From an uncultured Clostridia bacterium (GTDB taxonomy: Bacteria > Bacillota > Clostridia > Oscillospirales > Acutalibacteraceae): DNA of 64,000 nucleotides. Both the position numbers and the translations under genes were made by a program. The stretch spans positions 11,629-75,628 of the forward strand of contig CALWPT010000027.1 in the NCBI GenBank assembly GCA_944383495.1. Reading direction: 5' to 3'. This document shows positions 1 to 8,704 of this stretch, piece after piece. Position 1 is the stretch's first letter, and each line of letters begins with the position of its first letter. The notes under the pieces are model-generated. The model was given only the letters and a program-made list of their open reading frames with translations, was not told the DNA's origin and made no database searches.

Positions 1-2
1 TT

Positions 3-1340
3 ATCCCGTCGACGGTTTCTTTTCCCGCGGTTCGCGTGCCTTTGCCTCCACCCCGCCCCATTGTCGTTGGCATGGGCCCTGCCGGAATGTTCGCTGCACT
101 GACTTTGGCCAGAGGCGGCGCCTGCCCGTTGGTGCTGGAGCGCGGAAAGCCGGTGGAGGACCGGCAAAAGGATGTGGAAAAATTTTGGAACGGCGGGCCG
201 CTGAACCCTGATTCAAACGTCCAGTTCGGGGAAGGCGGCGCCGGAGCTTTTTCTGACGGGAAGCTGACCACTGGAGTCAAGGATCCCCGCTCTCAGCTGG
301 TGCTGGAGACCTTTGTTCGACATGGCGGCTCACCAGAGATTTTATACGCAGCCAAACCCCATTTGGGCACAGATCGCCTGTCGGTCATTGTAAAGGGAAT
401 ACGGGAGGAAATTTTGGCTCTTGGTGGTGAAGTCCTGTTTCAACACACCTTATCCGGGCTGGTAATGGATGGTTCCCGCCTGCGGGCGGCACAGGTCTCC
501 AGCCCGGATGGAAATAGGGAATTTCCGGCGGACAAGCTGATCCTCGCCGTTGGCCACAGCGCGCGGGACACCTTTTTTATGCTGCATAAAAGAAACATCC
601 CCATGGAAGCAAAGGCCTTTTCCGTGGGCGTCCGCATTGAGCATCCCCAGGCATGGGTTGACCAGTGCCAGTACGGCCGCTTTGCAGGGCATCCTGCATT
701 GCCGGCCGCCGACTATAAGCTGGCCTGCCATCTTGCGAGCGGACGCGGTGTTTACACCTTTTGTATGTGTCCCGGTGGGCGTGTGGTTGCCGCTGCCAGT
801 GAAACAGACGGTGTGGTCACAAACGGCATGAGCCTGTTTGCCCGAAGCGAGCCCAATGCCAACAGCGCTTTGCTTGTTGGAGTGTCTCCCGTTGATTTTG
901 GGGATGAACCGCTGTCCGGCGTTGCGTTTCAGCGGAGGATTGAAACAGCGGCGTACAGCTTATGTGACGGCTACCGCGCTCCCGCGCAAAATGGCGCGGA
1001 CTTTCTATCCGGCCGCGCATCCGTTTCCTTGAGCGGGGTTACGCCGAGCTATCGTCCCGGTGTTGTTCCCACAGACCTGGGATTGCTGTTTCCGGATTAT
1101 GTCACCCAAAGCCTGCGGGAAGGCCTGCGGCAGTTTGACAAAATTATGCCCGGCTTCGCTCAAGGCGTGCTGACCGGCCCGGAAACGCGCAGTTCCTCTC
1201 CTATCAGGCTCACGCGGGATAAGGGGATGCAGTCTTCCGTTTTAGGCTTATACCCATGTGGTGAGGGCGCCGGGTATGCCGGCGGAATCATGTCTGCGGC
1301 GATTGACGGAATCAAGTGCGCCGAGCGGGTATTAAGCTAA
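3..1340 (+). CDS. FAD-dependent oxidoreductase (COG2509-type); 5' end probably cut by the window edge
   Basis: The frame is open from nt 3, with no stop upstream of the listed ATG at 36. A dinucleotide-binding motif VVGMGPAGMFAALTLARGG sits near the start. The family normally carries more N-terminal residues than are present here. Confidence 0.75.
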   Translation: MPSTVSFPAVRVPLPPPRPIVVGMGPAGMFAALTLARGGACPLVLERGKPVEDRQKDVEKFWNGGPLNPDSNVQFGEGGAGAFSDGKLTTGVKDPRSQLVLETFVRHGGSPEILYAAKPHLGTDRLSVIVKGIREEILALGGEVLFQHTLSGLVMDGSRLRAAQVSSPDGNREFPADKLILAVGHSARDTFFMLHKRNIPMEAKAFSVGVRIEHPQAWVDQCQYGRFAGHPALPAADYKLACHLASGRGVYTFCMCPGGRVVAAASETDGVVTNGMSLFARSEPNANSALLVGVSPVDFGDEPLSGVAFQRRIETAAYSLCDGYRAPAQNGADFLSGRASVSLSGVTPSYRPGVVPTDLGLLFPDYVTQSLREGLRQFDKIMPGFAQGVLTGPETRSSSPIRLTRDKGMQSSVLGLYPCGEGAGYAGGIMSAAIDGIKCAERVLS

Positions 1341-1377
1341 ATGAACGTGTATGCTAATAAGAAAGGATGGCCCTGCC

Positions 1378-1704
1378 ATGGATTGGAACGCTTTGATTGA
1401 AGAGCGGCTGGCGGCACTGCGGGAGCTATACAACGAATTTTACCAGGAATGGGAGCAGGCCGAGGAAAATTTTTACACGGAAATTCTTCTAAAAATGGTA
1501 GAGGATGGCGAGATAAACGAGGCGGAAAATAAGTTATTTGCTCTGATGGAAGAAGAAACCAAAAACGCTTATATCAATGTCGGCTGTTCTTTTTATTCCA
1601 CGTTGCAGCGTATGAATGAGGAAGAACTGGAATTTTGCGGTTTTTCCAGGGAGGAAATTGCCGACGGGTTAAAGGATATCATGGTTTTATATTGTCTGAT
1701 GTGA
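1378..1704 (+). CDS. hypothetical small acidic protein
   Basis: E/D-rich ORF. I chose the start at ATG 1378 (MDWNALIEE), which has AAAGGA upstream; the alternative ATG at 1351 lacks an RBS. No recognisable domain. Confidence 0.4.
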   Translation: MDWNALIEERLAALRELYNEFYQEWEQAEENFYTEILLKMVEDGEINEAENKLFALMEEETKNAYINVGCSFYSTLQRMNEEELEFCGFSREEIADGLKDIMVLYCLM

Positions 1705-1767
1705 CAGGCGTGCCTTCCAGCATGCCGCCAATAGTATATTTAACTCATTTAATGGAAAGGAAGCTCT

Positions 1768-2697
1768 ATGCTACAAAGCAATTTAATATTAGAGGGCGGC
1801 GGGATGCGGGGCGTTTTTACCGCGGGCGTTCTCGATTATTTTCTGGAACAGGGGCTTGCCTTTGACCGGGTGATTGGCGTATCCGCAGGGGCTTGTCATG
1901 CTTGCAGCTATGTCGCCGAGCAAAAAGGCCGCGCCTTTGCCACAGCGGTGGATTATTTGGATGACAAACGCTATTGCAGCCTGCACAGCCTGATCACCAC
2001 CGGAGACCTATTTGGTGCAGAAATGCTGTATGATATTATTCCAAGGGAACTGTATCCCATTGACAACGACGCTTTTTTACAAAATTCCACCATTTTTCAA
2101 GCGGTGGTGACCAATTGCCGCACAGGACGTGCCGAGTATCCGGAAATTCACGATTTGCATAAAGATATCGGCTGGATACGGGCCTCCAGTTCTCTGCCCC
2201 TGCTGGCCCGGATGGTTTCTCTTCAAGGCGGGTTATATTTGGATGGCGGCGTCGCCGATTCCATTCCCATTCGGTACGCTATGCACTCGGGCGGCCGTCG
2301 GCATGTAGCGGTTCTCACGCAGCCCCGGGAATACCGAAAAGGCCCCAACCGGCTGCTCCCGCTGCTAAAGATAAAATACAGGAAATACCCTGCCTTGGTA
2401 CAGGCTATGCAGAACCGGCATATACGTTATAACGATACCCTGGACTTTTTATATGCCATGGAATCGGCCAGTCGTGTTTTTGTTCTTCAGCCGCAGGAAT
2501 CCCTAGGGATCGGCCGGGTGGAAAAACGTAAGGATAAGCTGCGCGCGGCTTACGCCGCCGGATACCGGGAGGCAAAAGACCGATTTGTAGCGCTGCTTAC
2601 TTATTTACAAAACAATCAGGAGGAGACACAATGGAAAGAATCGCAGTCGCAACCGACAGCAACAGCGGAATTAACGCACGAGAGGCCGAGACTTTAG
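1768..2697 (+). CDS. patatin-like phospholipase
   Basis: Patatin hallmarks are present: oxyanion motif LEGGGMRGVFTAG, GxSxG nucleophile GVSAGA, and catalytic Asp in YLDGGVADS. Confidence 0.85.
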   Translation: MLQSNLILEGGGMRGVFTAGVLDYFLEQGLAFDRVIGVSAGACHACSYVAEQKGRAFATAVDYLDDKRYCSLHSLITTGDLFGAEMLYDIIPRELYPIDNDAFLQNSTIFQAVVTNCRTGRAEYPEIHDLHKDIGWIRASSSLPLLARMVSLQGGLYLDGGVADSIPIRYAMHSGGRRHVAVLTQPREYRKGPNRLLPLLKIKYRKYPALVQAMQNRHIRYNDTLDFLYAMESASRVFVLQPQESLGIGRVEKRKDKLRAAYAAGYREAKDRFVALLTYLQNNQEETQWKESQSQPTATAELTHERPRL

Positions 2698-3491
2698 GCG
2701 TTGCTGTTTTGCCCATGCCTTTTTATATTGACGGAAAGCTGTTTTTTGAAGGAATCTCCCTGACGCAAGAGGAATTTTATGAGCGTTTGGTACAGGATGC
2801 CGATATTTCCACCTCTCAGCCTTCTCCCGGGGCGGTGCTGGAATTTTGGGAAAATTTATTGGAAAGCTATGATGCAGTGGTGTATATCCCTATGTCCAGC
2901 GGCCTCAGCGCATCCTGTCACACGGCGGATATGCTGGCACGGGAGCATTTTCCCGACCGGGTCTTTGTGGTGGACAACCAGCGGATCTCCGTTACCCAGC
3001 GCCAGTCTGTTTTAGACGCTCTGGAACTGGTGAGGCAGGGCAAGACGGCTGGTGAGATCAAGGAAATCCTGGAACGAGAAGGACTACAGGCCAGCATCTA
3101 TATTGCTGTCAACACCTTGAAGTACCTCCTGAAAGGCGGAAGGGTTACCCCCGCCGTGGCAGCGCTGGGGACGGTTCTGAAAATTAAGCCGATTTTGCAA
3201 ATCCAGGGGGAACGGCTGGATACGTTCAAAAAGTCCCTGGGCATGAACCAGGCGCGCAAAATCATGCTGGATGCGGCCCGCAGCGATATGGAGCAGCGAT
3301 TTGCGGGAAAAAAAGTGTATATCCACGCCGCCTATACAGGCGCGCCTGAAAACGGCAAGGCCTGGCAGGAAATGGTTCAAACGGCGTTTCCGGATAAGGA
3401 CGTGTATTGCGCGCCGCTGTCCCTCAGCGTCTCCTGTCATATTGGCGCGGGGGCGCTGGCCGTCACCTGCACCAAAAAGCTGGGAGAATAG
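2631..3491 (+). CDS. DegV family fatty-acid-binding protein
   Basis: The translation (MERIAVATDSNSGI ... LLKGGRVTPAVAALGTVLKIKPIL) is typical of the DegV family. AGGAGG lies 7 nt before the ATG. The start lies 67 nt inside the patatin ORF. Confidence 0.8.
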   Translation: MERIAVATDSNSGINAREAETLGVAVLPMPFYIDGKLFFEGISLTQEEFYERLVQDADISTSQPSPGAVLEFWENLLESYDAVVYIPMSSGLSASCHTADMLAREHFPDRVFVVDNQRISVTQRQSVLDALELVRQGKTAGEIKEILEREGLQASIYIAVNTLKYLLKGGRVTPAVAALGTVLKIKPILQIQGERLDTFKKSLGMNQARKIMLDAARSDMEQRFAGKKVYIHAAYTGAPENGKAWQEMVQTAFPDKDVYCAPLSLSVSCHIGAGALAVTCTKKLGE

Positions 3492-3492
3492 C

Positions 3493-4227
3493 ATGGCTGA
3501 AACGGTTTTAATCACCGGCGCTTCCCGGGGAATCGGCGCCGCGGCGGCCCGCCGGTTCGCCCGGGAGGGATACCGGGTTGCCTTGCATTACTATACCGGT
3601 GAAGCGCCTGCGTTGGAGCTGACAAGGGAACTGCGAAAAACAAACCCTTATATTTTTCCCGTACAGGCCGACATTCGCAGCCGTGTTTCGACTTTGGCAA
3701 TGATAACGGCTGTTCAGGAGCAGTTAGGAGCCATTTCCATTCTGGTCAATAACGCCGGGGTTGCGCTGCCAGGCCTGTTTACACATCAAACGGAAGAGGA
3801 ATGGGACGAAATGTTCACCGTCAACTGCAAGGGAACCTTTCTTTGCACGCAGGCGGTGCTGCCCGATATGCTTCGGCGGCAGCAAGGCTGCATTATTAAC
3901 CTATCCTCTGTGTGGGGCATTACGGGCGCTTCCTGCGAGGCGGCCTACTCCGCCTCCAAGGGGGCGTTAATTGCTTTTACCAAAGCCATGGCAAAGGAAC
4001 TCGGGCCTTCTCATATTCGGGTTAATTGTGTGGCTCCCGGCGTGGTGGACACGGATATGAACGCAGCGTTAACGGGCAGGGATCGGACGGCGCTGGCGGA
4101 GGAAACGCCCCTTGGCCGCATTGGGAGGCCGGCGGAAATTGCCGACGTTATTTTTTTCCTCGCTTCCCCTGCCGCGGCATTTATCACAGGACAGGTGCTC
4201 AGTCCCAACGGCGGGCTGGTTATATAA
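3493..4227 (+). CDS. short-chain dehydrogenase/reductase, FabG-like
   Basis: Cofactor motif ITGASRGIGAAAA, NNAG, and catalytic YSASKGAL (YxxxK). ATG 3493 (MAETVLITG) follows the degV stop by 1 nt. Confidence 0.85.
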   Translation: MAETVLITGASRGIGAAAARRFAREGYRVALHYYTGEAPALELTRELRKTNPYIFPVQADIRSRVSTLAMITAVQEQLGAISILVNNAGVALPGLFTHQTEEEWDEMFTVNCKGTFLCTQAVLPDMLRRQQGCIINLSSVWGITGASCEAAYSASKGALIAFTKAMAKELGPSHIRVNCVAPGVVDTDMNAALTGRDRTALAEETPLGRIGRPAEIADVIFFLASPAAAFITGQVLSPNGGLVI

Positions 4228-4245
4228 TTTTTGGGAGGCGCTTTC

Positions 4246-6609
4246 ATGCTACAGCTCAAGGATATTACAAAAAGCTATACCACCGGCGGGTTTACACAGT
4301 TGGCATTGGATCATGTCAGCCTGCAATTTCGCAAAAGCGAATTTGTCGCGATTTTGGGACAAAGTGGATCGGGCAAAACCACCTGTTTGAATGTCATTGG
4401 CGGATTGGATCATTATGACAGCGGCGATCTAATTTTCAACGGAACCTCAACCAAAAATTATAAGGACAAGGAATGGGACGCCTACCGCAATAACAGCGTG
4501 GGATTTATTTTTCAAAATTACAATTTGATTTCCCATCTCAGCATTGTGGACAATGTGGAAATGGGAATGACTCTCAGCGGCGTCTCCTCGAAGGCCAAGC
4601 ATAAAAAGGCTATGGAGGTTTTGGAACGAGTAGGCTTGCGGGATCATATCCACAAAAAGCCCAATCAACTCTCCGGCGGACAAATGCAGCGAGTGGCCAT
4701 TGCCAGGGCATTGGCCAATGACCCGGATATTATTTTGGCCGACGAGCCTACAGGCGCGTTGGATTCCGTCACCAGCGAACAGATCATGGATTTGATCAAA
4801 GAGATTTCCGCAGGCAAGCTGGTCATCATGGTCACCCACAACCCCGAGCTGGCGGAAAAATATGCCGACCGTATCGTCCGGTTCAAAGACGGTAAGGTGA
4901 TGAGCGACAGCAGCCCTTGCGAGCAAACCGGTGAGGATGCGGAATACAGCCTGAAAAAAACCTCTATGAGCTTTTTCACTGCATTGAATTTATCCGGGCG
5001 GAATATCGCAACCAAAAAATGGCGCACCGCCCTCACCTCTTTTGCGGCAAGCATCGGCATCATTGGCATTGCGCTGATTCTGAGCCTGTCCTCCGGTTTT
5101 CAAATACAAATTGACCAGTTTCAGTCGGATGCCTTAGCCGAGTTTCCCATAACGGTTTCCCAATCCGCAATGAAAATTGACGCGGACTCCATGGCGGAAC
5201 TGCGGGGCAATATGGAAGATAATCCCGCCTTCCCAGAGGGGGATGCGGTTTATCTATATGATTCCACTGAAAGCGCCATCGTGCATGAAAACAATATTAC
5301 AGAAGACTATTTAACCTATTTGGAGGATATCGACCCCGCTATTTGCCGAAGCATCGGCTATACCCGCCTTGTTGGTATGAATCTGCTTTGCAAAGCCGAC
5401 GGTAAGGCGCAGCCTGCTTCTGTGGCTGTAGGGATCAACATGGGTGGAGGCAATAGCGCCGACACGGCGAGTATGGCCAGCATGTCCAGCATGAGCGGCG
5501 CGGGGTTGGCGTCTTATCCGGAGCCTCTTCAGCCGGGGGAGGAGTCCTACCTATCAAAAAATTATGATGTGTTGGCAGGCTCCCTTCCTTCTAAAATAAC
5601 CGACCTTGTTTTGGTGGTGGATTCCCATAACCGGGTGGATTTTACGGTTCTGCAAAATCTGGGCTACGATACCGAAGGGGTAGAATGCATCAAGTTTTCT
5701 GAAATCGTCGGCAAGGAGCTTAAGCTGATTCCCAACGACGAATATTACCAGCAAACGCCCCAGGGAAACTTTTTGCCTAATACGGATTATGAATCCATGT
5801 ACAATTCTCCAAACGCTCTAACGCTGAAAATTTCCGGCGTCGTGCGAATCAAGGAAGATACGGCTCTGGGGTTCCTTGGTAACGGGATTGCGTACAGTGA
5901 TGGGCTGACCGAAAAAATTCTGGAAATGGAAAAGGATTCCCAAATCGTTCAGGCGCAGCGGGCTGCTAATTATAACGTCATTAACACCGAACAACTGGAT
6001 GAAGACGGGAAAAAGTCCATGCTAGCCCACCTGGGAGGCGACGCGACGCCCTTTATGGTTTACATCTATCCGGTGGATTTCGAAGCAAAAGAGGCGGTGC
6101 TTTCCTATCTAGACGCGTACAATAACGGTAAGGCGGAAGCAGATACTATTCTTTACAGCGACCTTGCCAGTACCATGACGGATATGACCGGCGGTATCAT
6201 GGATGCCATTACCCTGGTGTTGGTGGCTTTTGCTTCTATCTCCCTGATCGTATCTCTGATCATGATTGGAATTATCACCTATATTTCCGTGCTGGAGCGG
6301 ACGCGGGAAATTGGCGTTCTGCGGGCTTTAGGAGCGCGGAAAAAGGACATCACCCGTGTGTTCAATGCTGAAACTTTTATTATCGGCGCTTGTTCGGGGC
6401 TGCTTGGAATCGTCATTGCTTATCTGCTGACGATCCCTGTCAACATTGTGCTGGAACAGATGACGGGATTGTCCAGCGTGGCCCAGCTAAACCCGCTGCA
6501 TGCGCTGGCGCTGGTTACCATCAGCATTATCCTCACCCTCATCGGCGGCATGATTCCGGCGAGAATTGCGGCAAAAAAAGACCCGGTGGAGGCTTTGCGA
6601 ACCGAGTAA
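4246..6609 (+). CDS. fused ABC ATPase / FtsX-type permease (MacB-like exporter)
   Basis: Walker A GQSGSGKTT, signature LSGGQMQRVAIARAL, Walker B IILADEPTGALD. The C-terminal half has a large extracytoplasmic region and an FtsX-like LRALGARKKDI segment plus helices. GGGAGG lies 8 nt before ATG 4246. Confidence 0.85.
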   Translation: MLQLKDITKSYTTGGFTQLALDHVSLQFRKSEFVAILGQSGSGKTTCLNVIGGLDHYDSGDLIFNGTSTKNYKDKEWDAYRNNSVGFIFQNYNLISHLSIVDNVEMGMTLSGVSSKAKHKKAMEVLERVGLRDHIHKKPNQLSGGQMQRVAIARALANDPDIILADEPTGALDSVTSEQIMDLIKEISAGKLVIMVTHNPELAEKYADRIVRFKDGKVMSDSSPCEQTGEDAEYSLKKTSMSFFTALNLSGRNIATKKWRTALTSFAASIGIIGIALILSLSSGFQIQIDQFQSDALAEFPITVSQSAMKIDADSMAELRGNMEDNPAFPEGDAVYLYDSTESAIVHENNITEDYLTYLEDIDPAICRSIGYTRLVGMNLLCKADGKAQPASVAVGINMGGGNSADTASMASMSSMSGAGLASYPEPLQPGEESYLSKNYDVLAGSLPSKITDLVLVVDSHNRVDFTVLQNLGYDTEGVECIKFSEIVGKELKLIPNDEYYQQTPQGNFLPNTDYESMYNSPNALTLKISGVVRIKEDTALGFLGNGIAYSDGLTEKILEMEKDSQIVQAQRAANYNVINTEQLDEDGKKSMLAHLGGDATPFMVYIYPVDFEAKEAVLSYLDAYNNGKAEADTILYSDLASTMTDMTGGIMDAITLVLVAFASISLIVSLIMIGIITYISVLERTREIGVLRALGARKKDITRVFNAETFIIGACSGLLGIVIAYLLTIPVNIVLEQMTGLSSVAQLNPLHALALVTISIILTLIGGMIPARIAAKKDPVEALRTE

Positions 6610-6658
6610 ACAGGAAAAATGGATAGCCGGTCACCCATCAGGAAGTAAATCGATATTC

Positions 6659-6700
6659 GCGAGACAGCATAGCAAAACGCCATGCTGTCTCGCTTTTTCT
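6659..6700 (+). terminator. rho-independent terminator of the ABC exporter gene
   Basis: 12-bp stem GCGAGACAGCAT / ATGCTGTCTCGC (6659-6670 and 6682-6693), followed by TTTTT. Confidence 0.8.
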
Positions 6701-6735
6701 TTGCCATGGAGTGGTCTGCTTGTCCTCATCTTATT

Positions 6736-6990
6736 TCAGCTTCCCCATAAATTCCAAACAACCTCCATTTTCCGCCTGCGGTGACCGCTGAATTCGTCCA
6801 GCGCATGGACGATAATTCTCTTCATAAGCTCGTTGACAATGGTGGGCATTCATTCCGTTTATCCCCCCAACTTACGGATTACTACCAAGAAACTGTCAAA
6901 GTCCGCTTTGTTTTGCTCATATGGACATACCATTTCCCACAGTTCCTGGACGAAACCGTCCGCATCTTTCCCGTGTCCGCAAGGCGCATT
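6736..6990 (-). pseudogene. 3' remnant of a large serine recombinase gene (DUF4368-type C-terminal tail); N-terminal catalytic part absent
   Basis: The minus-strand translation reads ...EQNKADFDSFLVVIRKLGG*, then in a shifted frame MPTIVNELMKRIIVHALDEFSGHRRRKMEVVWNLWGS* (stop at 6736-6738). This matches my recollection of the conserved tail of clostridial large serine recombinases (..IVVHA.D..SG.R.Q.I.I.YNF.G). It is broken by stops and frame changes near 6850-6870, and nothing resembling the resolvase domain lies upstream. Confidence 0.5.
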
Positions 6991-7011
6991 CTTTTATTCT
7001 GGGAAATCCTC

Positions 7012-7040
7012 TTGCAAAAAGCATCTATTTGCGCTATCAT
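7012..7040 (+). promoter_or_regulatory. sigma-A-type promoter of the marR-DUF1848 operon
   Basis: TTGCAA (7012-7017), 17-nt spacer, TATCAT (7035-7040). GAGGCGGAGG RBS precedes ATG 7083. Confidence 0.5.
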
Positions 7041-7082
7041 AAAGTCAAATATTGGACTAAAATCATGAGGCGGAGGCTATAT

Positions 7083-7544
7083 ATGGAGCGTCAAAAAATA
7101 ATAGCGTATGTTAACCAATATTGTAAACTGCGAGATGTTCAATATGCCGCTTATGAAATGTATGCAAGAAAGCACGGCTTGACAGCAAAGGAGCTATTTG
7201 TACTGGATATCATTTGGTTTTCACCAAACGGTTGCTTGCAGTCTGCAATTTGCGAACGATTATCCGCAACAAAACAGACGGTGAGCGCCATTATTAAAAA
7301 GCTTTTGAAACAGGGATTTCTATCATTAACCGAGTCTGAAACAGACCGCCGAAACAAAATTGTCCGTTTTACAAACGCGGGTTTGGAATACACAAAAAAG
7401 ATTATACCGCCCGCCGCTCATGCGGAAATAGACGCCATGAGCGAATTGTCTGATAAGGATATTGCTGAACTGGTGCGCCTATCAACGCTTTTTTCGAATT
7501 TTATGAAAGAAAAGCTTGACAAAATAATGGAGGTGCAGGAATGA
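7083..7544 (+). CDS. MarR family transcriptional regulator
   Basis: 153-aa winged-helix protein (..LTAKELFVLDIIWFSPNGCLQSAICERLSATKQTVSAIIKKLLKQGFLSLTESETDRRNK..). I chose the start at ATG 7083 (MERQK), which has a good RBS. Confidence 0.8.
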   Translation: MERQKIIAYVNQYCKLRDVQYAAYEMYARKHGLTAKELFVLDIIWFSPNGCLQSAICERLSATKQTVSAIIKKLLKQGFLSLTESETDRRNKIVRFTNAGLEYTKKIIPPAAHAEIDAMSELSDKDIAELVRLSTLFSNFMKEKLDKIMEVQE

Positions 7545-8488
7545 TTATTAATACAGGCGGGCGAACAGATACCGTACAATATTACGCCAAATGGCTGCTG
7601 CGCCGCTTTTCAGAGGGTTATGCGCTGACCCGTAATCCACTTTTTCCGAGCAAGATCAGCCGCTATGAATTGACCCCCGACAAGGTGGACTGCGTTGTTT
7701 TCTGCTCGAAAAACTATCAACCGATCTTACCGTACTTACATGAGATTACAGATCGTTTCAACACGTATTTTCACTATACCATTACCGCTTATGGCCAAGA
7801 TATTGAACCGGGTGTACCCTCTATCGAAGAAAGCCTTCAAACGCTAATAAAACTGTCAAAGCAGGTCGGCAGACAGCGGATTGCGTGGCGGTATGACCCT
7901 GTTTTGCTTACGGAAAAATATACAATTTCACGTCACGTGGAAACCTTTGAGCGAATGGCAAGGATTCTTGCCCCTCATATTGACCGTTGCATTTTCAGCT
8001 TTGTAGAAATGTATAAGAAACTGGAAACCAATATGCCCGAACTAAGACCTCTGTCCGAAGAGGATAAGGACACTTTGGCGCACGGGTTGGGCACGCTCGC
8101 CAAGCAATACGGTATTTTCATTCAAACCTGCGGCACTAACGGAGACTTTACACGTTACGGGATTCACGCTTCTGGCTGCATGACCCTTGATATTTTGGGG
8201 AAAGCAAACGGAATTGTTTTTAAGAATTTGAAGCACAAGGGTATGCGGCAGGGCTGTCATTGTATCGAAAGCAGGGATATCGGAGCTTATAATACCTGTT
8301 TAAATGGCTGCAAGTATTGTTATGCAAATACCAAATCACATAAAGCGCGGGAGAATTATAGGCTTCATGACCCCGCCTCACCGCTACTGTTAGGCCATGT
8401 AAAGCCGGAGGATACAATTATACAAGGGGAGCAGAAAAGCTTTTTAGCAAAGGAGCAGCTGAATCACTCTACCATGCCTGAATTATAA
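7541..8488 (+). CDS. DUF1848 family protein with C-terminal Cys cluster
   Basis: The N-terminus MIINTGGRTDTVQYYAKWLLRRF and the overall layout match DUF1848. The C-terminal cluster reads CHCIESRDIGAYNTCLNGCKYC. The start overlaps the marR stop (ATGA at 7541-7544). Confidence 0.7.
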   Translation: MIINTGGRTDTVQYYAKWLLRRFSEGYALTRNPLFPSKISRYELTPDKVDCVVFCSKNYQPILPYLHEITDRFNTYFHYTITAYGQDIEPGVPSIEESLQTLIKLSKQVGRQRIAWRYDPVLLTEKYTISRHVETFERMARILAPHIDRCIFSFVEMYKKLETNMPELRPLSEEDKDTLAHGLGTLAKQYGIFIQTCGTNGDFTRYGIHASGCMTLDILGKANGIVFKNLKHKGMRQGCHCIESRDIGAYNTCLNGCKYCYANTKSHKARENYRLHDPASPLLLGHVKPEDTIIQGEQKSFLAKEQLNHSTMPEL

Positions 8489-8704
8489 GAAGGAATACCG
8501 AAAGGAGATGGAAGGATGTTATCAATAAAAGACGAACAAGCAGAGCATGGACCGATAAGAAAGTTCACCTTGAAGCGATTATTCGGTTTGGGCTATGTAA
8601 TATACGACGACAGCATAAATCGGCCCTTTAACGAGCCGTCTGTAATTGTGAATATTTTTTACCATAAAAAATTAAAAAATCTGCATGAAAAGACGATGAT
8701 AATG

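Noticed and set aside
3271-3492. N-terminal 74-aa extension of the SDR ORF overlapping degV
   Set aside because: The extension is Arg-rich and lies in an alternative frame of degV. The canonical SDR N-terminus MAETVLITGASRGIG begins at 3493, right after the degV stop.
8516-8704. 63-aa ORF segment with a good RBS (AGGAGA, ATG 8516) reading into the dead fpg N-terminus
   Set aside because: It has no recognisable similarity, is AT-rich, and simply continues into the pseudogene frame until the TGA at 8834. It could be a translated relic, but I cannot support it as a gene.
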